DNA of 64,000 nt from Octopus bimaculoides (lineage: Eukaryota): assembly GCF_001194135.2 (NCBI RefSeq), contig NC_068989.1, positions 81,451,874 through 81,515,873 on the forward strand. The letters are read 5' to 3'. The first letter of the stretch is position 1; each line of letters starts with the position of its first letter. The position numbers and the translations under genes were made by a program. Below the pieces are notes generated by a model, which saw only the letters and a list, made by a program, of their open reading frames with translations, was not told the origin of the DNA and did no database searches. Below, in pieces: positions 12,670 through 24,456 of this stretch.

Positions 12670-13450
12670 CCATTTCATACACACACACTCCTACATGCAC
12701 ATACATATACATATATCTATATATACATACATACACACTCATATATATATATGCATGTATATATGCATAGATACATACACATGCACACGTGTTTGTGTAT
12801 GTATATTTGTATGTATATATGTATGTATGTATGTTTGTACATATGTACATATGTATGTATATATGTTTGTATGTATGTATGTACGTATGTATGTATGTAC
12901 GTATGTATGTATGTATGTATGTATGTATGTATGTATGTATGTATGTTTGTATGTATGTATGTATTTATGTATGTATGCATGCAAAAGCTTCATGAAGCTG
13001 TTGTATAAAATGTGTTTACCATCAATATTTATACTATATAAGTCTATTTACTCAAGTGTTTGTTTTGTTGTTGAATATTTTAAATTATTATTCTGTCCTT
13101 TACTCGCTCTCTCTCTCTCTTTCACTGACTCTTTCTCACTCCTTATCTCTCTCACTCTGCTATTCCCTCTGTCTCACTCTTCCACACTTTCTCTCTCTTT
13201 CTTTTTCTTGCTCTTTCTCTCTCCCACTTTCAGTCTCTCTTCGTCTCTCTCTCTCTCACAATCTCCCTACTCTCACTCTCTCTTTATCTCTCACTGTCTC
13301 TCACCCTTTCTCTCACACCCTCTTAATCTCTATCCCTCTCTCTCCTTCTCTTTCCCCATCTCTTTCTCTCTCACATACTCTCTCCGTCTCTCTACCTCTC
13401 TTTCTCCCTATCTCCCTCTCTATCTATCCACCTATCTATCAAACACCCTC
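12670..13450. repeat. (GTAT)n array followed by a CT-rich low-complexity tract
   Basis: Direct observation; explains the 354-aa ORF 12569-13633. Confidence 0.95.
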
Positions 13451-13674
13451 TTTCATTTCCATCTTTCCATTATCCCATCCCTACTCCATCTTGCATGTTT
13501 TCTTCCTCTTCAACTCACAGTTTTCATCTTCCTCATCACAGTAGATCTTAATCCCCGAAGTTACAACCAACACAAACTGCCAGACTCGCTAAGATATTTC
13601 CATAACAACACACTTCAAATAAAAGCAAAATAGTTACACAAAAGAAAGATACACTCAAAATAACCTCTCTCTCT

Positions 13675-14323
13675 TTACTCTTTTACTCTTTTACTTGTTT
13701 CAGTCATTTGACTGTGGCCATGCTGGAGCACCGCCTTTAGTCGAGCAAATTGACCCCAGGACTTATTCTTTGGAAGCCTAGTACTTATACTATCAGTCTC
13801 TTTTGCCTAACCGCTAAGTTACGGGGACGTAAACACACCAGCATCGGTTGTCAAGCGATGTTGGGGGGACAAACACAGACACACAAACATATACACACAC
13901 ATACATACATATATATATANNNNNNNNNNNNNNNNNNNNNNNNNNNNNNNNNNNNNNNNNNNNNNNNNNNNNNNNNNNNNNNNNNNNNNNNNNNNNNNNN
14001 NNNNNNNNNNNNNNNNNNNNNNNNNNNNNNNNNNNNNNNNNNNNNNNNNNNNNNNNNNNNNNNNNNNNNNNNNNNNNNNNNNNNNNNNNNNNNNNNNNNN
14101 NNNNNNNNNNNNNNNNNNNNNNNNNNNNNNNNNNNNNATATATATATATATATACATATATACGACGGGCTTCTTTCAGTTTCCGTCTACCAAATCCACT
14201 CACAAGGCTTTGGTTGGCCCGAGGCTATAGTAGAAGGCACTTGCCCAAGGTGCCACGCAGTGGGAATGAACCCGGAACCATGTGATTGGTAAGCAAGCTA
14301 CTTACCACACAGCCACTCCTGCG
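13675..14323 (-). mobile_element. tRNA-derived SINE family A, with an internal (CA/TA)n tract lost in a gap
   Basis: Sense head GCAGGAGTGGCTGTGTGGTAAG...GGTTCCGGGTTCA.TCCCAC has A-box and B-box-like motifs, and the tail is (AGAGTAAA)n. Copies at about 8050-8335, 15760-16148, 16673-17080, 19720-20128, 38817-39150, 42358-42515, 48550-48985 and 57560-57870. Confidence 0.85.
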
Positions 14324-14444
14324 ACTGGAAGTTTATCATAGAAAATTAAACTACAATCCTAAACTAGGATTACATGATAATTAAAATTAAACAGTTTGAT
14401 TAAAATTTTTATGATTTTAATGTCAGAATATTGGTATATGGTTG

Positions 14445-15408
14445 AACTGGCTCCCAGCCTTTTTTTACCTATGGACCCCTTTCGATTCCTATTCTATTTG
14501 ACAGGACTCCCACATTTAAAAAAAATCCTATTGTATTTTTATGATTAACCCTTTAGCATTCAAATTACTATGTCAAATATAATGCTTAGTTATTCAAATA
14601 ATGCTTAGTTGTGCATTATCTCATAACTTCAAAATTTCTATGAATGTTACTGTTTATCTTTAGAATGATATTATAGAGTATGGGGCAAGTGAAATCGAAA
14701 TCGTAATTGAAACATATTCGATGACTGGCACATGTGCCAGTGGAGCACTAACAGCACTGTCCGAGCAGCTGTCTGGCTTCCGTGCTAGTGGCACGTAAAT
14801 AGCACCATTTGAGCGTGATCGTTACCAGCATCACCTTCCTGGCACTTGTACCGGTGGCATGTTAGAAAATCATTCGAGCAAGGTCGTTGCCTGTGCCACT
14901 GGACTGGCTCCTGTGCAGGTGGCACATAAAAAACACCATTTTGAGTGTGGTTGTTGCCAGTACCGCGTGACTGGCTCTCGTGCCGGTGGCACGTAAAAGC
15001 ACCCACTACACTCTCAGAGTTGTTGGTGTTAGGAAGGGCATCCAGCTGTAGAAACTCTGCCAGAATAGATTGGAGCCTGGTGCAGCCATCCGGTTCACCA
15101 GTCCTCAGTCAAATCGTCCAACCCATGCTAGCATGGAAAGCGGACGTTAAACGACGACGACGATGATGATGATGTATGAGAGGCCAAATCTGGCAGGTTT
15201 GAACTTAAAACAGGTATGATATTTGGGCTGGATATGGCCCATTTAAATACTAAAGAGTTAAATATTGTTAAAAATTATTTTTAAAAAATTGTTAAAATAT
15301 TTTGTGTATTGTAAAAATATAAACAATTTATTGCACATAAACTTTAACAACAAAATCATACATGGACCTATTCCTCAAGGATCATACAGACCCAGTTAAG
15401 AACCACTG
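14445..15408. mobile_element. hAT-type MITE interrupted by a TTAA MITE, which is itself interrupted by a SINE
   Basis: Ends CCAGTTAAGAACCACTG. The halves align to an uninterrupted related copy at about 58125-58358 (GGACCCCTTTGATT...GGACCCCAGTTGTGAACCACTG). Confidence 0.6.
14690..15174 (+). mobile_element. SINE family B with an RTE-like (GAT)n tail
   Basis: Ends CCAACCCATGCTAGCATGGAAAGCGGACGTTAAACGACGACGATGATGATG. Near-identical copies at 34405-34785 (+), 37990-38335 (-), 40040-40282 (-), 41160-41308 (+) and 63250-63610 (-). Confidence 0.85.
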
Positions 15409-15759
15409 AGTTAGAATATTCTAATTCTTCATTACTAAATAAAGGTTAATGTAATGGAATAGTCCATAACTTAGGTGCAGGTAACATGCTGAAATGGTAT
15501 ATCATACCAGCTGGTAACAGTTACATATGTAAAACTCTTGTGTATCGTAACACCTGGTTGTTTTACATCACTAAAGAGATGTACTTTATAGATTCAGACA
15601 AATCTTCCTTTCAGAGTAAAAGAATATGATGTATAGTTAATCTTTGTGGTAAAGTTTTAAATAAATCCAAATATTAATACTTTTGTTGTTGTTCTTCTTT
15701 AAATTTCATTGTTTTGTTTTGTTTTTGTTTCTTTTTTTGTAATTTGATTTATTTATCTC

Positions 15760-16148
15760 TTTTACTCTTTTACTTGTTTCAGTCATTTGACTGCGGCCAT
15801 GCTGGAGCACCGCCTTTAGTCGAACAACTCAACCCCAGGACTTATTCTTTGTAAGCCTAGTACTTATTCTATTGGTCTCTTTTGCCGAACTGCTAAGTTA
15901 CGGGGATGCAAACACACCCACATCGGTTGTCAAGCGATGTTGGGGGGACAAACACAGACACACAACCATATACACACACATATATATATATACATATATA
16001 CGACAAGCTTCTTTCAGTTTCCGTCTACCAAATCCATTCACAAGGCTTTGGTCGGCCCGAGGCTATAGTAGAAGACACTTGCCCAAGGTGTCACGCAGTG
16101 GGACTGAACCCGGAACCATGTGGTTGGTAAGCAAGCTATTTACCACAC
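15760..16148 (-). mobile_element. SINE family A copy
   Basis: High identity to 13675-14323. Confidence 0.85.
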
Positions 16149-16672
16149 ATATGTATATTACATTATATATTGTATCTATACATAATATTTATACAGTATA
16201 TTCATATAATTTGCTTTATTTCTGATGATTTTTTTTTCCAAATAAAATCCATACTTGAAAAGCAAAATCTAAGAAAATAGTGGTAGGAGGAGATGTTGGG
16301 ACTGGCGGCCACAGCGGTGGTGGTAGCAGTGGCAGGTGTATTGACGGTGGTGGCAGTGGTGGCAGTGGTGGCAGCAGCAGCTGTGGCAGTGGCAGCAACA
16401 ATAACAACAATGCCAATGATGATGTGATGATGTGAAGATGATGAGGATGATGATGATGAAGTGACCAATCATGATTGTGGTTTGTCAATTCCACATTTAG
16501 CTGCTATAGCAAACAGATTAATGTGTAGAGATTCACTTGTTAATGTGCTATAACAATTTTTCTATCGGTAGTATATTCGTTAACTTAATTTTAATTTATT
16601 CTGGACAAAACACAAATCTTGTATACGTGTATAGAAAAGGAGGGTATATTTCATTTTAAAAGTATTCATTTA

Positions 16673-17080
16673 TGCAGGTGTAGCTGTGTGGTAAGAAGTT
16701 TACTTGCTAACCACATAATTCCAAGTTCAATCTTACTGTGTGATACTTTGAGCAAGTGTCTTCTGCTATAACCCTGAGCCGACCAAAGCCTTGCGAATGG
16801 ACTTAGTAGACGGTAACTTAAAGAAGCCAGTCGCATATAATGTATATATCTGTGTGTGAGTGTGTGTCTTTGTTAATGTGTTTGTCTCCCCACCACCACC
16901 ACCTGACAACCGTCGTTGGTTTGTTTAATTCCCCATAACCTAATGATTCTGCAAAAAGAGAGAAGAGAATAAGTACGAATCTTAAAAACGGAAATAAAAA
17001 GAATTGCCTTTGATTTGTTCCACGGAGCCCATCAAGGCTGTGCCTCAGTATGGCCGCAGTCTAATGACTGAAACAAAACA
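16673..17080 (+). mobile_element. SINE family A copy, diverged
   Basis: GCAGGTGTAGCTGTGTGGTAAG head, ending ATGACTGAAACAA. Confidence 0.75.
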
Positions 17081-17214
17081 AAGATCTACATTCCTACACG
17101 ACTGACAGATTGTGAGGTTGGAGAAATACAAGGCAGTCTAAGGGCAATAACTCTGAAGGTTTCATGAAACAAAGCTAGCAGATTCATCTAAATTCAATAT
17201 TAGTTATTAAACTG

Positions 17215-17435
17215 TAAGGCGGCGAGCTGGCAGGATCGTTAATATAACGGACAAAATGCCAAGCATTTCGTTGGACTTTACGTTTTGAGTTCAAATGCCA
17301 CCAGGATTGATTCTGCCTTTCATCCTTTCGGGAGCAATAAAATAAGTACCAGTTGAGCCCTGAGGTCAATTTAATCAACTTAGTCCCTTCCCCAAAAGTG
17401 CTGTCCTTGTGCCAACATGTCAAAACCAATATTAG
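17215..17435 (+). mobile_element. tRNA-derived SINE family C (central domain resembling the Deu/Nin-DC SINE domain)
   Basis: AAGGCGGCGAGCTGGCAG head, B-box-like GAGTTCAAAT, and central GCCTTTCATCCTTTCGGG...ATAAAATAAGTACCAG. Copies at 22920-23135 (-), 54775-55180 (-), 56400-56560 (+), 61330-61510 (-) and 62750-63180 (+, two in tandem). Confidence 0.8.
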
Positions 17436-17519
17436 TCATTAAGTTTTTTTTTTCCTGTTTGCTGCATTAATTATCAGTTAATTAGCTTATTGTCTTAACA
17501 CTAAATAGATGATTGTCCT

Positions 17520-18140
17520 TACTAAGTTCTTCAACAGCTGAACCCGTTTAAAATTCTTCAAGTTAAATGAATTTATGAAACCCTTCTATCAGACATTCCC
17601 TTAGACAGTCAAAATTAACTTTTTCTAGTACTTAATTAGCCACAGTCCTGCCCTTAAAAAATCGTGCATATGTCTAATGAGCCTTAGATCATTCTGAAAT
17701 GAAATTTAGACCAATCCTAAACCTTAGCATGGAGCCTTAATAATTCTTAGCCCAGTTCAATGTTTACTAAGCTTTACTCCAGTCCTTAATAAACTTTTAC
17801 CCTGTCCCTTAACGAGTATGCCAAGTCCTTAATGTGTCAGTTCAATCCTTAATGAGCTTAGTCTAGTCATACTTAGCCTTAATTGAGTCTTTTATTAGTT
17901 TTAGACCAATGTTTAGTGATTTTAGTCCAGTCCTTAATGAACCATAGTCCAATGTTTATGATCCTTAGCACTGCCTTAAATAAATCTTAATTCAGTCCTT
18001 TATGAACCCTGGCTCTACTCTAATTTTATAGTCAAACCCTTAGTAAACCGTATTCCAGTCCTTAATGGATCTTAGTTCTCTTTTTAACAATAATTACTTC
18101 AGCTGTTAATGATACTTAGTCCAGTCCCTCATGAACCTCA
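17520..18140. repeat. Highly degenerate minisatellite, unit about 22 bp (TTAGTCCAGTCCTTAATGAACC-like)
   Basis: The CCAGTCCTTAAT motif and variants recur many times across about 600 bp. Confidence 0.7.
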
Positions 18141-18199
18141 ATCCTAAATGCTTCTGGTGGGTCACTGTATTTAATTTGTTCAACTGAACAGTATGCATC

Positions 18200-18900
18200 T
18201 GAACTGATGCTCCTATCTGTCGAGCAAAGCTCATTAAAATCAATACCCTTTCAATCCCACCAAACTGAAAGCATAACCTTCTTCAAGGTGAAATCCTGCT
18301 TTGGAGGTTGTTTGTGGTGGTTTGTTGCACTTCACTACGATCTTTTGCACTTCCTGCTGTAACAGACAATCAATTTTTTTATCCCCTGTCACCTTTCTCT
18401 TCAAAACAAAATCGTTTTCTTCACATTTCTGCAACAAATTGCAGATGATAATCATTTGGGAAAGGTTAGCCTTATTCTATTGATGTGGAACCCAAACATT
18501 GAGCCTGCGAATGCATTCAAGTTAATTCAGGCAGTTTCAACTCTCAATTTGGATATTTGGAAAATAACTGTAATCATGAATATTATGGGCGTTGGTACTG
18601 ACTAACTCCTTTATTTTGTCATCATCAATCTCAGTTGGCCAGCCAGAGCAAGGTGTATCTTGAACCAAAATATTTCCTGATTGAAATCTTAAAAACCATT
18701 TTTGGCACACACATTCCATAACAGCATCCTCTCCAAACACAGCACGTATCTTCTAGCAAGTTTCTGTTGCTTTCTTGCTCTTTCTAAAATAAAGAAAAAG
18801 GCATGATGTGTTGTAAATGTTTGTTTGGTTCTCCATTTTCAGTGTAATCCCAAGCACAGAAAATACTTCCTGTTTCATCACAAATTCACGTTGAACTATG
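18200..18900 (-). mobile_element. Decayed mariner (Mos1-like) transposase
   Basis: FGEDAVMECVCQKWFLRFQSGNILVQDTPCSGWPTEIDDDKIK (HTH region) and LKRKVTGDKK...CNKPPQTTSKAGFH..., corresponding to VTGDEKW...KVML.VWWD.KG. Stops and frameshifts present. Confidence 0.85.
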
Positions 18901-19719
18901 TTGAAGTGTCAAGTATCCAACAAGTATGCATGCACAAGGAACAGACAGACGTTAGCTACATATTAGAGTGCTGCTTGAAATTTAGTCTCAACAAAAACCA
19001 AATGAAGGAGAGCTAAGGAGAACAACTTTGGTTGAACTGTAGTAAAACTGATGAAATCCCAAAATATTAATATTGTGAATCAAGATAGTATGAATCATCA
19101 TTTTAATGACCAATTCTGGTGAAGAGGAGCAGGGTAGACAACTTCTGGAATTTGAACCAATTAAAGTTAATAATAAAGAGTATGTGAACAATACAGAAGA
19201 GAAAAAAGCTGGTTTTGGTAGTACAGTGACTAAAGATTTACTTCATTTGATTTTCTGGAGCACAAATGATCAGTGAGTCAATGACTCCTTCTCTTCACTA
19301 CAGATGTATATTTTATTCAACTAAAATATCTTACCTCACTACCTTAAGTATGTTAACACAAACCTTGACATTTGCTTTTCATTCAAAGTAAACCCCTGGG
19401 TACTTTTCCTCTACACCTTCTGAAATTCTTTAGCAGAATGTTTTCTCTTCGGTTCATAATTGCAAAATATTTTAGAGCAAGTCAAGAAAATTTTTCTACG
19501 CACACACATATACAAACAAACAAACAAACAAATATAATGCATACCAACTTGATGTTTCATTGTACTTCACAACCAGTTTTATGATAATGCTGTTGACAAC
19601 TTGAAGAGATTTCACTTCAAGCTGAAGACAGAAGATGGTCCATCAAGTGATTACTTCAATCACTACATTTACAAGTTACACCCTCCCAGTTACTTACATC
19701 TTCTATCCTGCCCATACTC

Positions 19720-20128
19720 TTTTACTCTTACTCTTTTACTTGTTTCAGTCATTTGACTGTGGCCATGCTGGAGCACCACCTTTAGTCAAACAAATCAACC
19801 CCAGGAGTTATTCTTTGTAAGCCTAGTACTTATTCTATCGGTTTCTTTTGCCGAACCACTAAGTTACGGAGACGTAAACACACCAGCATCGGTTGTCAAG
19901 CGATGTTGGGGGGACAAACACAGACACACAAACACACATATATATATATACATATACATATATACGATGGGATTTTTTCAGTTTCCGTCTACCAAATCCA
20001 CTCGCAAGGCTTTGGTCGGCCCGAGGCTATAATAGAAGACACTTGCCCAAGGTGCCACGCAGTGGGACTGAACCCGGAACCATGTGATTGGTAAGCAAGC
20101 TACTTACCACACAGCCACTCCCGCGCCT
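19720..20128 (-). mobile_element. SINE family A copy, full length
   Basis: High identity to 13675-14323, with both head and tail present. Confidence 0.85.
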
Positions 20129-20169
20129 ATCTTCAGTTTATACATAATAAGGCTATATGCCAAGGAGTG

Positions 20170-20204
<35 letters not shown>

Positions 20205-20949
20205 TTGTGCATATATGCATTATGTATGTATGCATGCATGTGGGTCTACGTATGAAGAGTAGGTCATCATAAGATAAATGTAAGAATCATTAAGTTTTTA
20301 AACAAATCTGTCTGCATGAGAAATATGTTACTGCCACTTTAAAGCTTCCCAGTAAGAGTACATCAAGTTTAAAACATAAAACTTTTGTCACTATCAATAA
20401 ATTGCCATGGATTACAAATCTACATAACGGTTTTCCAACTCCTTGTGATAACCAAACTTACAACCAGCTACAAATTCCTATAGTTACCAACACATGCCCT
20501 CATCAGTTTCCTCACATTCTGGATTTCAGTTTTAAAAAAACGCTGACTTTACAACAGACATGTAAAGTCTAAATATTTTGAAATCTGTATTGAAAGTGAA
20601 AGTACGATAAGAGAGAAACCTGATGGCTACCAGCTTATATCCAACACATGAATACTGCACATATCCATATAACCATGTTTACTGTACACATTGATGCATG
20701 CAGGAAATGAAAAACAGAATGACATTATATTGTTTTTATTTTATTTCATATTTCATTTCTGTTTTTAACAAAATCACCAAATTTGACAAACAAGTTACAA
20801 TATGATTTCAAAAAATAAATAATGGAAAATAAATAAAACGCTTCAAACAAAATAGTCACAGAAAACAAAATAAAAAAAACAAAATATTTAATAATAATAA
20901 TAATAATAATAATAGCAGCAGCATGTTGAATCTTAGTACAACTATGGGA

Positions 20950-22320
20950 GACTTTTGTCTTCAAAAAAGGATTCCCTAGACTGTTTTGTTATTGCTTTTT
21001 CGAGACCCATGGAAGGATTAAATATAGCAACGCAAACATACAAAATACTCCTCAATAATAATGTCCCTATTGCTTATTGCAATGAATTACACATCCTCAT
21101 TGTACCTATTTATATCTGGGTGGATTGAATTACTGGGAATCATCTTTGCCAAAGACACACCCCAGTCATTGTGATAGCATTATATTGTTAATTTTTCTAC
21201 CAACTGGAAAAAAAACAAGAAAAACACAACAAAGTTTGTACATGTACATAATCTTACAACAAAAACAATGAGGTAACAAGAAAATTTTAATAGTCACTAA
21301 TTCCCCAGAAGTGGGGGAGACTTCTGAGGGCTGCTTGTGCAAACCTAACAAAACTATGGTCACCCTGACCACTCAGGCAAGTACCTCTTCATATCCCCCT
21401 CCCTCAATCTACAGGCACATGCTCAGAGCAGAGAGCAGGCTCATTCACTCAGACCATTAGCTATTCTCACTCACCTTTCAACAAATTTGCTGGAAGATAC
21501 AACTTCCCTCTACACCCTCACTTTTCTTTTCAACTGAAACTTGAAAAAGTTGACGAGGGTCTGGCCAAAGAGGAATGTGTCTATCTTCAGCCATTTCTCT
21601 CTGGTTCAATATGTAACTTCATTTGATAAAACCACCAAATAAACACTTTCTCTCCTTTCCAGGCAAAGGAAGGTGGTGCGATGATCTATGCAATGAGCTT
21701 GGCCAGCAGCAGAATCTATCTTACAGATAACAACAGGTGTTCGACATAACTCCACAAGTCAGCAATGTTCAGGTACTAAGAGAATGCATGCAGAACAGTT
21801 TCATTGCTTTGTATATGTCTCAAGCAGACCCAGCTAACAACCTGTAGAATTTATCTCAAACTCGCAATGCCACCCATTAGAACTGCTAAATGAGAGATTT
21901 TGTGGAAATTATCCATGAGCCCCAGTCCAAAAGTTATCTGGAACAGACCAGCCAGTTGATTCTCGTCAACACCCAGTCTCTCCAAGAACATTGTCACTCT
22001 TACTTGCCACTAAACCTCTTCAAAATGCCAAAGTGGAATTTCCATTGACTGCATTGCCTGGCTGGCAGAGGGCTGTGAGTGCCTTATGGTACTGTATATG
22101 TCAGGCTCTCTGCTTTGGTGTATACTTTGATCCAGGACTGCAGTTCAGTGAAAGAAATGAACTATGGAAAAGAGAGATTGACAAATGGCAGCCACACCTG
22201 CACACCATAAAGGAAATGCTGAAGATATCACACCCTCAATATGTCTGCACAACATCAGCCACAAGCCCAGTCCTTCACATCGTGGGTATTGGCAACAAAT
22301 GAAATGCCTAATTAGTAGAA
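20950..22320 (-). mobile_element. Decayed Tx1/L1-clade LINE, 3' part of ORF2; boundaries approximate
   Basis: Manual minus-strand translation across stops gives ETVLHAF...IADLWSYVEHLLL...IAPPSF...FLFGQTLVNFFKFQLKRKVR...SSSKFVER, like the C-terminal Zn-knuckle region of Tx1-type ORF2. Confidence 0.6.
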
Positions 22321-24397
22321 TGCATCTCCTTCACAGAAAAAGTGAACTCTTTAAAAATGAACTTATTTTTAAAGAATGAACTCTTTAAAAATGAGAAGTA
22401 AACTCAACCACAGTAGGATTTGAATTCAGAAAGTCTGACATTATTGATTTAATCAAGAAGATGATAATCAGCACATTAATGAATGCTATTGTCTACCTTG
22501 GTAGAAATGTGGCATCTGAGAATAACAACTGTACATGTGATCATCACAGCTTTGTGGATAATATCAAACAACACTCTTAAACATTATGGTCCAAATACCA
22601 GGAGACCCAAAAGGTATAAGAACTACAAAAACTGTTCTCGTGAGTTCTGCCCACATCCTCAGGAAAACATTGTCAACCTGAGAATAACTGATTTTCTTAA
22701 AATCCTTTCAAAAATTAAAATATTACAAATTTAACAGCATCTTAGTTCTCAAAATCTGGTCTCTTTTCCCTACAAAATACATCATTGCTAATCATAAATA
22801 ACACCCATAGTAAAACATCCAACTTGCTGTTACTTGAGGTCGCTGGGTGAGGCTTGAAACAGATTATATGAAATAAAGCAGTAACAAAAAGTAATAGTAG
22901 TAGTAGTAGTAATAATAATGATCCTTTCTACTACAGGTACAAGGCCTGAAATTTGGGGGATGGGACTAGTTGATCACATCGACCCCAATGTTTAACTGGT
23001 ACTTATTTCATCAACCTTGAAAGGATGAAAGGCAAAGTTGACCTCGGCATAATTTGAACTCAGGACATAAACACGGATGAAATGCCACTAAGCATTTTGC
23101 ATGGTGTGCTAACGATTCTGCCAGCTCGCTGCCTTGATGATAATAGTAATGATAATCACAGATGAACAAAACCTTAAAAAAAAACAAATAAGAAATTATT
23201 AAGACAGTGGTATGTAAAAAAAAAAAATATTTACTTAGGGGTAACAAGTGTTCCCCCATGTTTTTGGTCTGATATCTTGTTAGGAGACACTTTGAATGCA
23301 AAAGACACACAAAGGAAAAAGTAATAAAGAATAGGTTATGACTAGCTCAGTTAGCATGAAAGGAACCAAATAAGTATAGGAGCGTGGGAAGACAGCATCA
23401 GTTTCTTGTGTCACTTTGAAATATCTTGAAACGATATCACAGCAAAGTAAAATATTTCTTTTTCATTAATGAAATATGTCTAATGACAATGAAACTAATA
23501 ATAGCTCTTCATTTGCTACAAGAGTTTACAAGCAAAAACATTACTAAGAAGGGATTGATGATTACACAAAAAAATTAATAAATAGAGGAAACTGTAACAG
23601 AAATAGAATCCCCGGAAAAGGGAGGGGACAACCCCCTACAGAGAATAAAAAGAGATTACTGTTCTCCCAAGCCTATACTGAAGCTCGGATACAAATAAGG
23701 CCAGGATACAATGGATTTAATCAACCTCCAGTATATTGCTTGTATTGTGTATGAACTCCAAAGGATTCATAGACAACACAAAGTTGACTCCAGAATGCAG
23801 AAGGATATAATAAGGTATTCGGTTACTCCTCTCTTTGTTTCTTAACTCACTGCCCTTGAAGAGCAAATAACATTTGTGCACTTTGACATCATAATAATAA
23901 ATAATGATTTCTTTATTACTGGCATGAAGACAATGAGAGGGAGGACACTACAGAGACAAGTTACAAAATATGTGTGAGTTTTAAAAAATGTCAGATGAAT
24001 GCAACAGAAGATAAACTGTTTTTACTTCAAATTTTTATAAATTTTTACTGATATTTGATACGAAGAGATTCATCATCGAAACCAGTAATATTTTCTTCAT
24101 ATGATTTTTTTAATCATTTTTATTAAATTCCTTCTTAAATTGAAATGTCTTAAACTTACTTCTGTGCTATATCCACCTCCATCTTTTATATATAAACACT
24201 TACACAGACATACAAACACAAACATATATAAAAATGCAAAACAAGGTCTACCACCTAGAACCAAAACTAACAACAAAGAATTATATTTACTGTCTACAGG
24301 ATACATAAAAAAATACAGTAAACATATTCACATACAGAATCAATCAGTTTAACAATCTTTGGTTTCAATGAGTTGATTTAAATATAAGGAGGAGAGT

Positions 24398-24456
<59 letters not shown>

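Noticed and set aside
12569-13633. 354-aa ORF, the second longest in the track
   Set aside because: Built from (GTAT)n and CT-rich microsatellites (YVCM and LSLS repeats), with no domain content.
13750-14292. ORFs containing long X runs, here and at 11714, 27177, 38483, 40116 and 48501
   Set aside because: They stay open only because they cross N-gaps.
19985-20128. tRNA-like A and B boxes
   Set aside because: These are heads of tRNA-derived SINEs with no complete cloverleaf; no true tRNA, rRNA or snRNA gene was recognised in the window.
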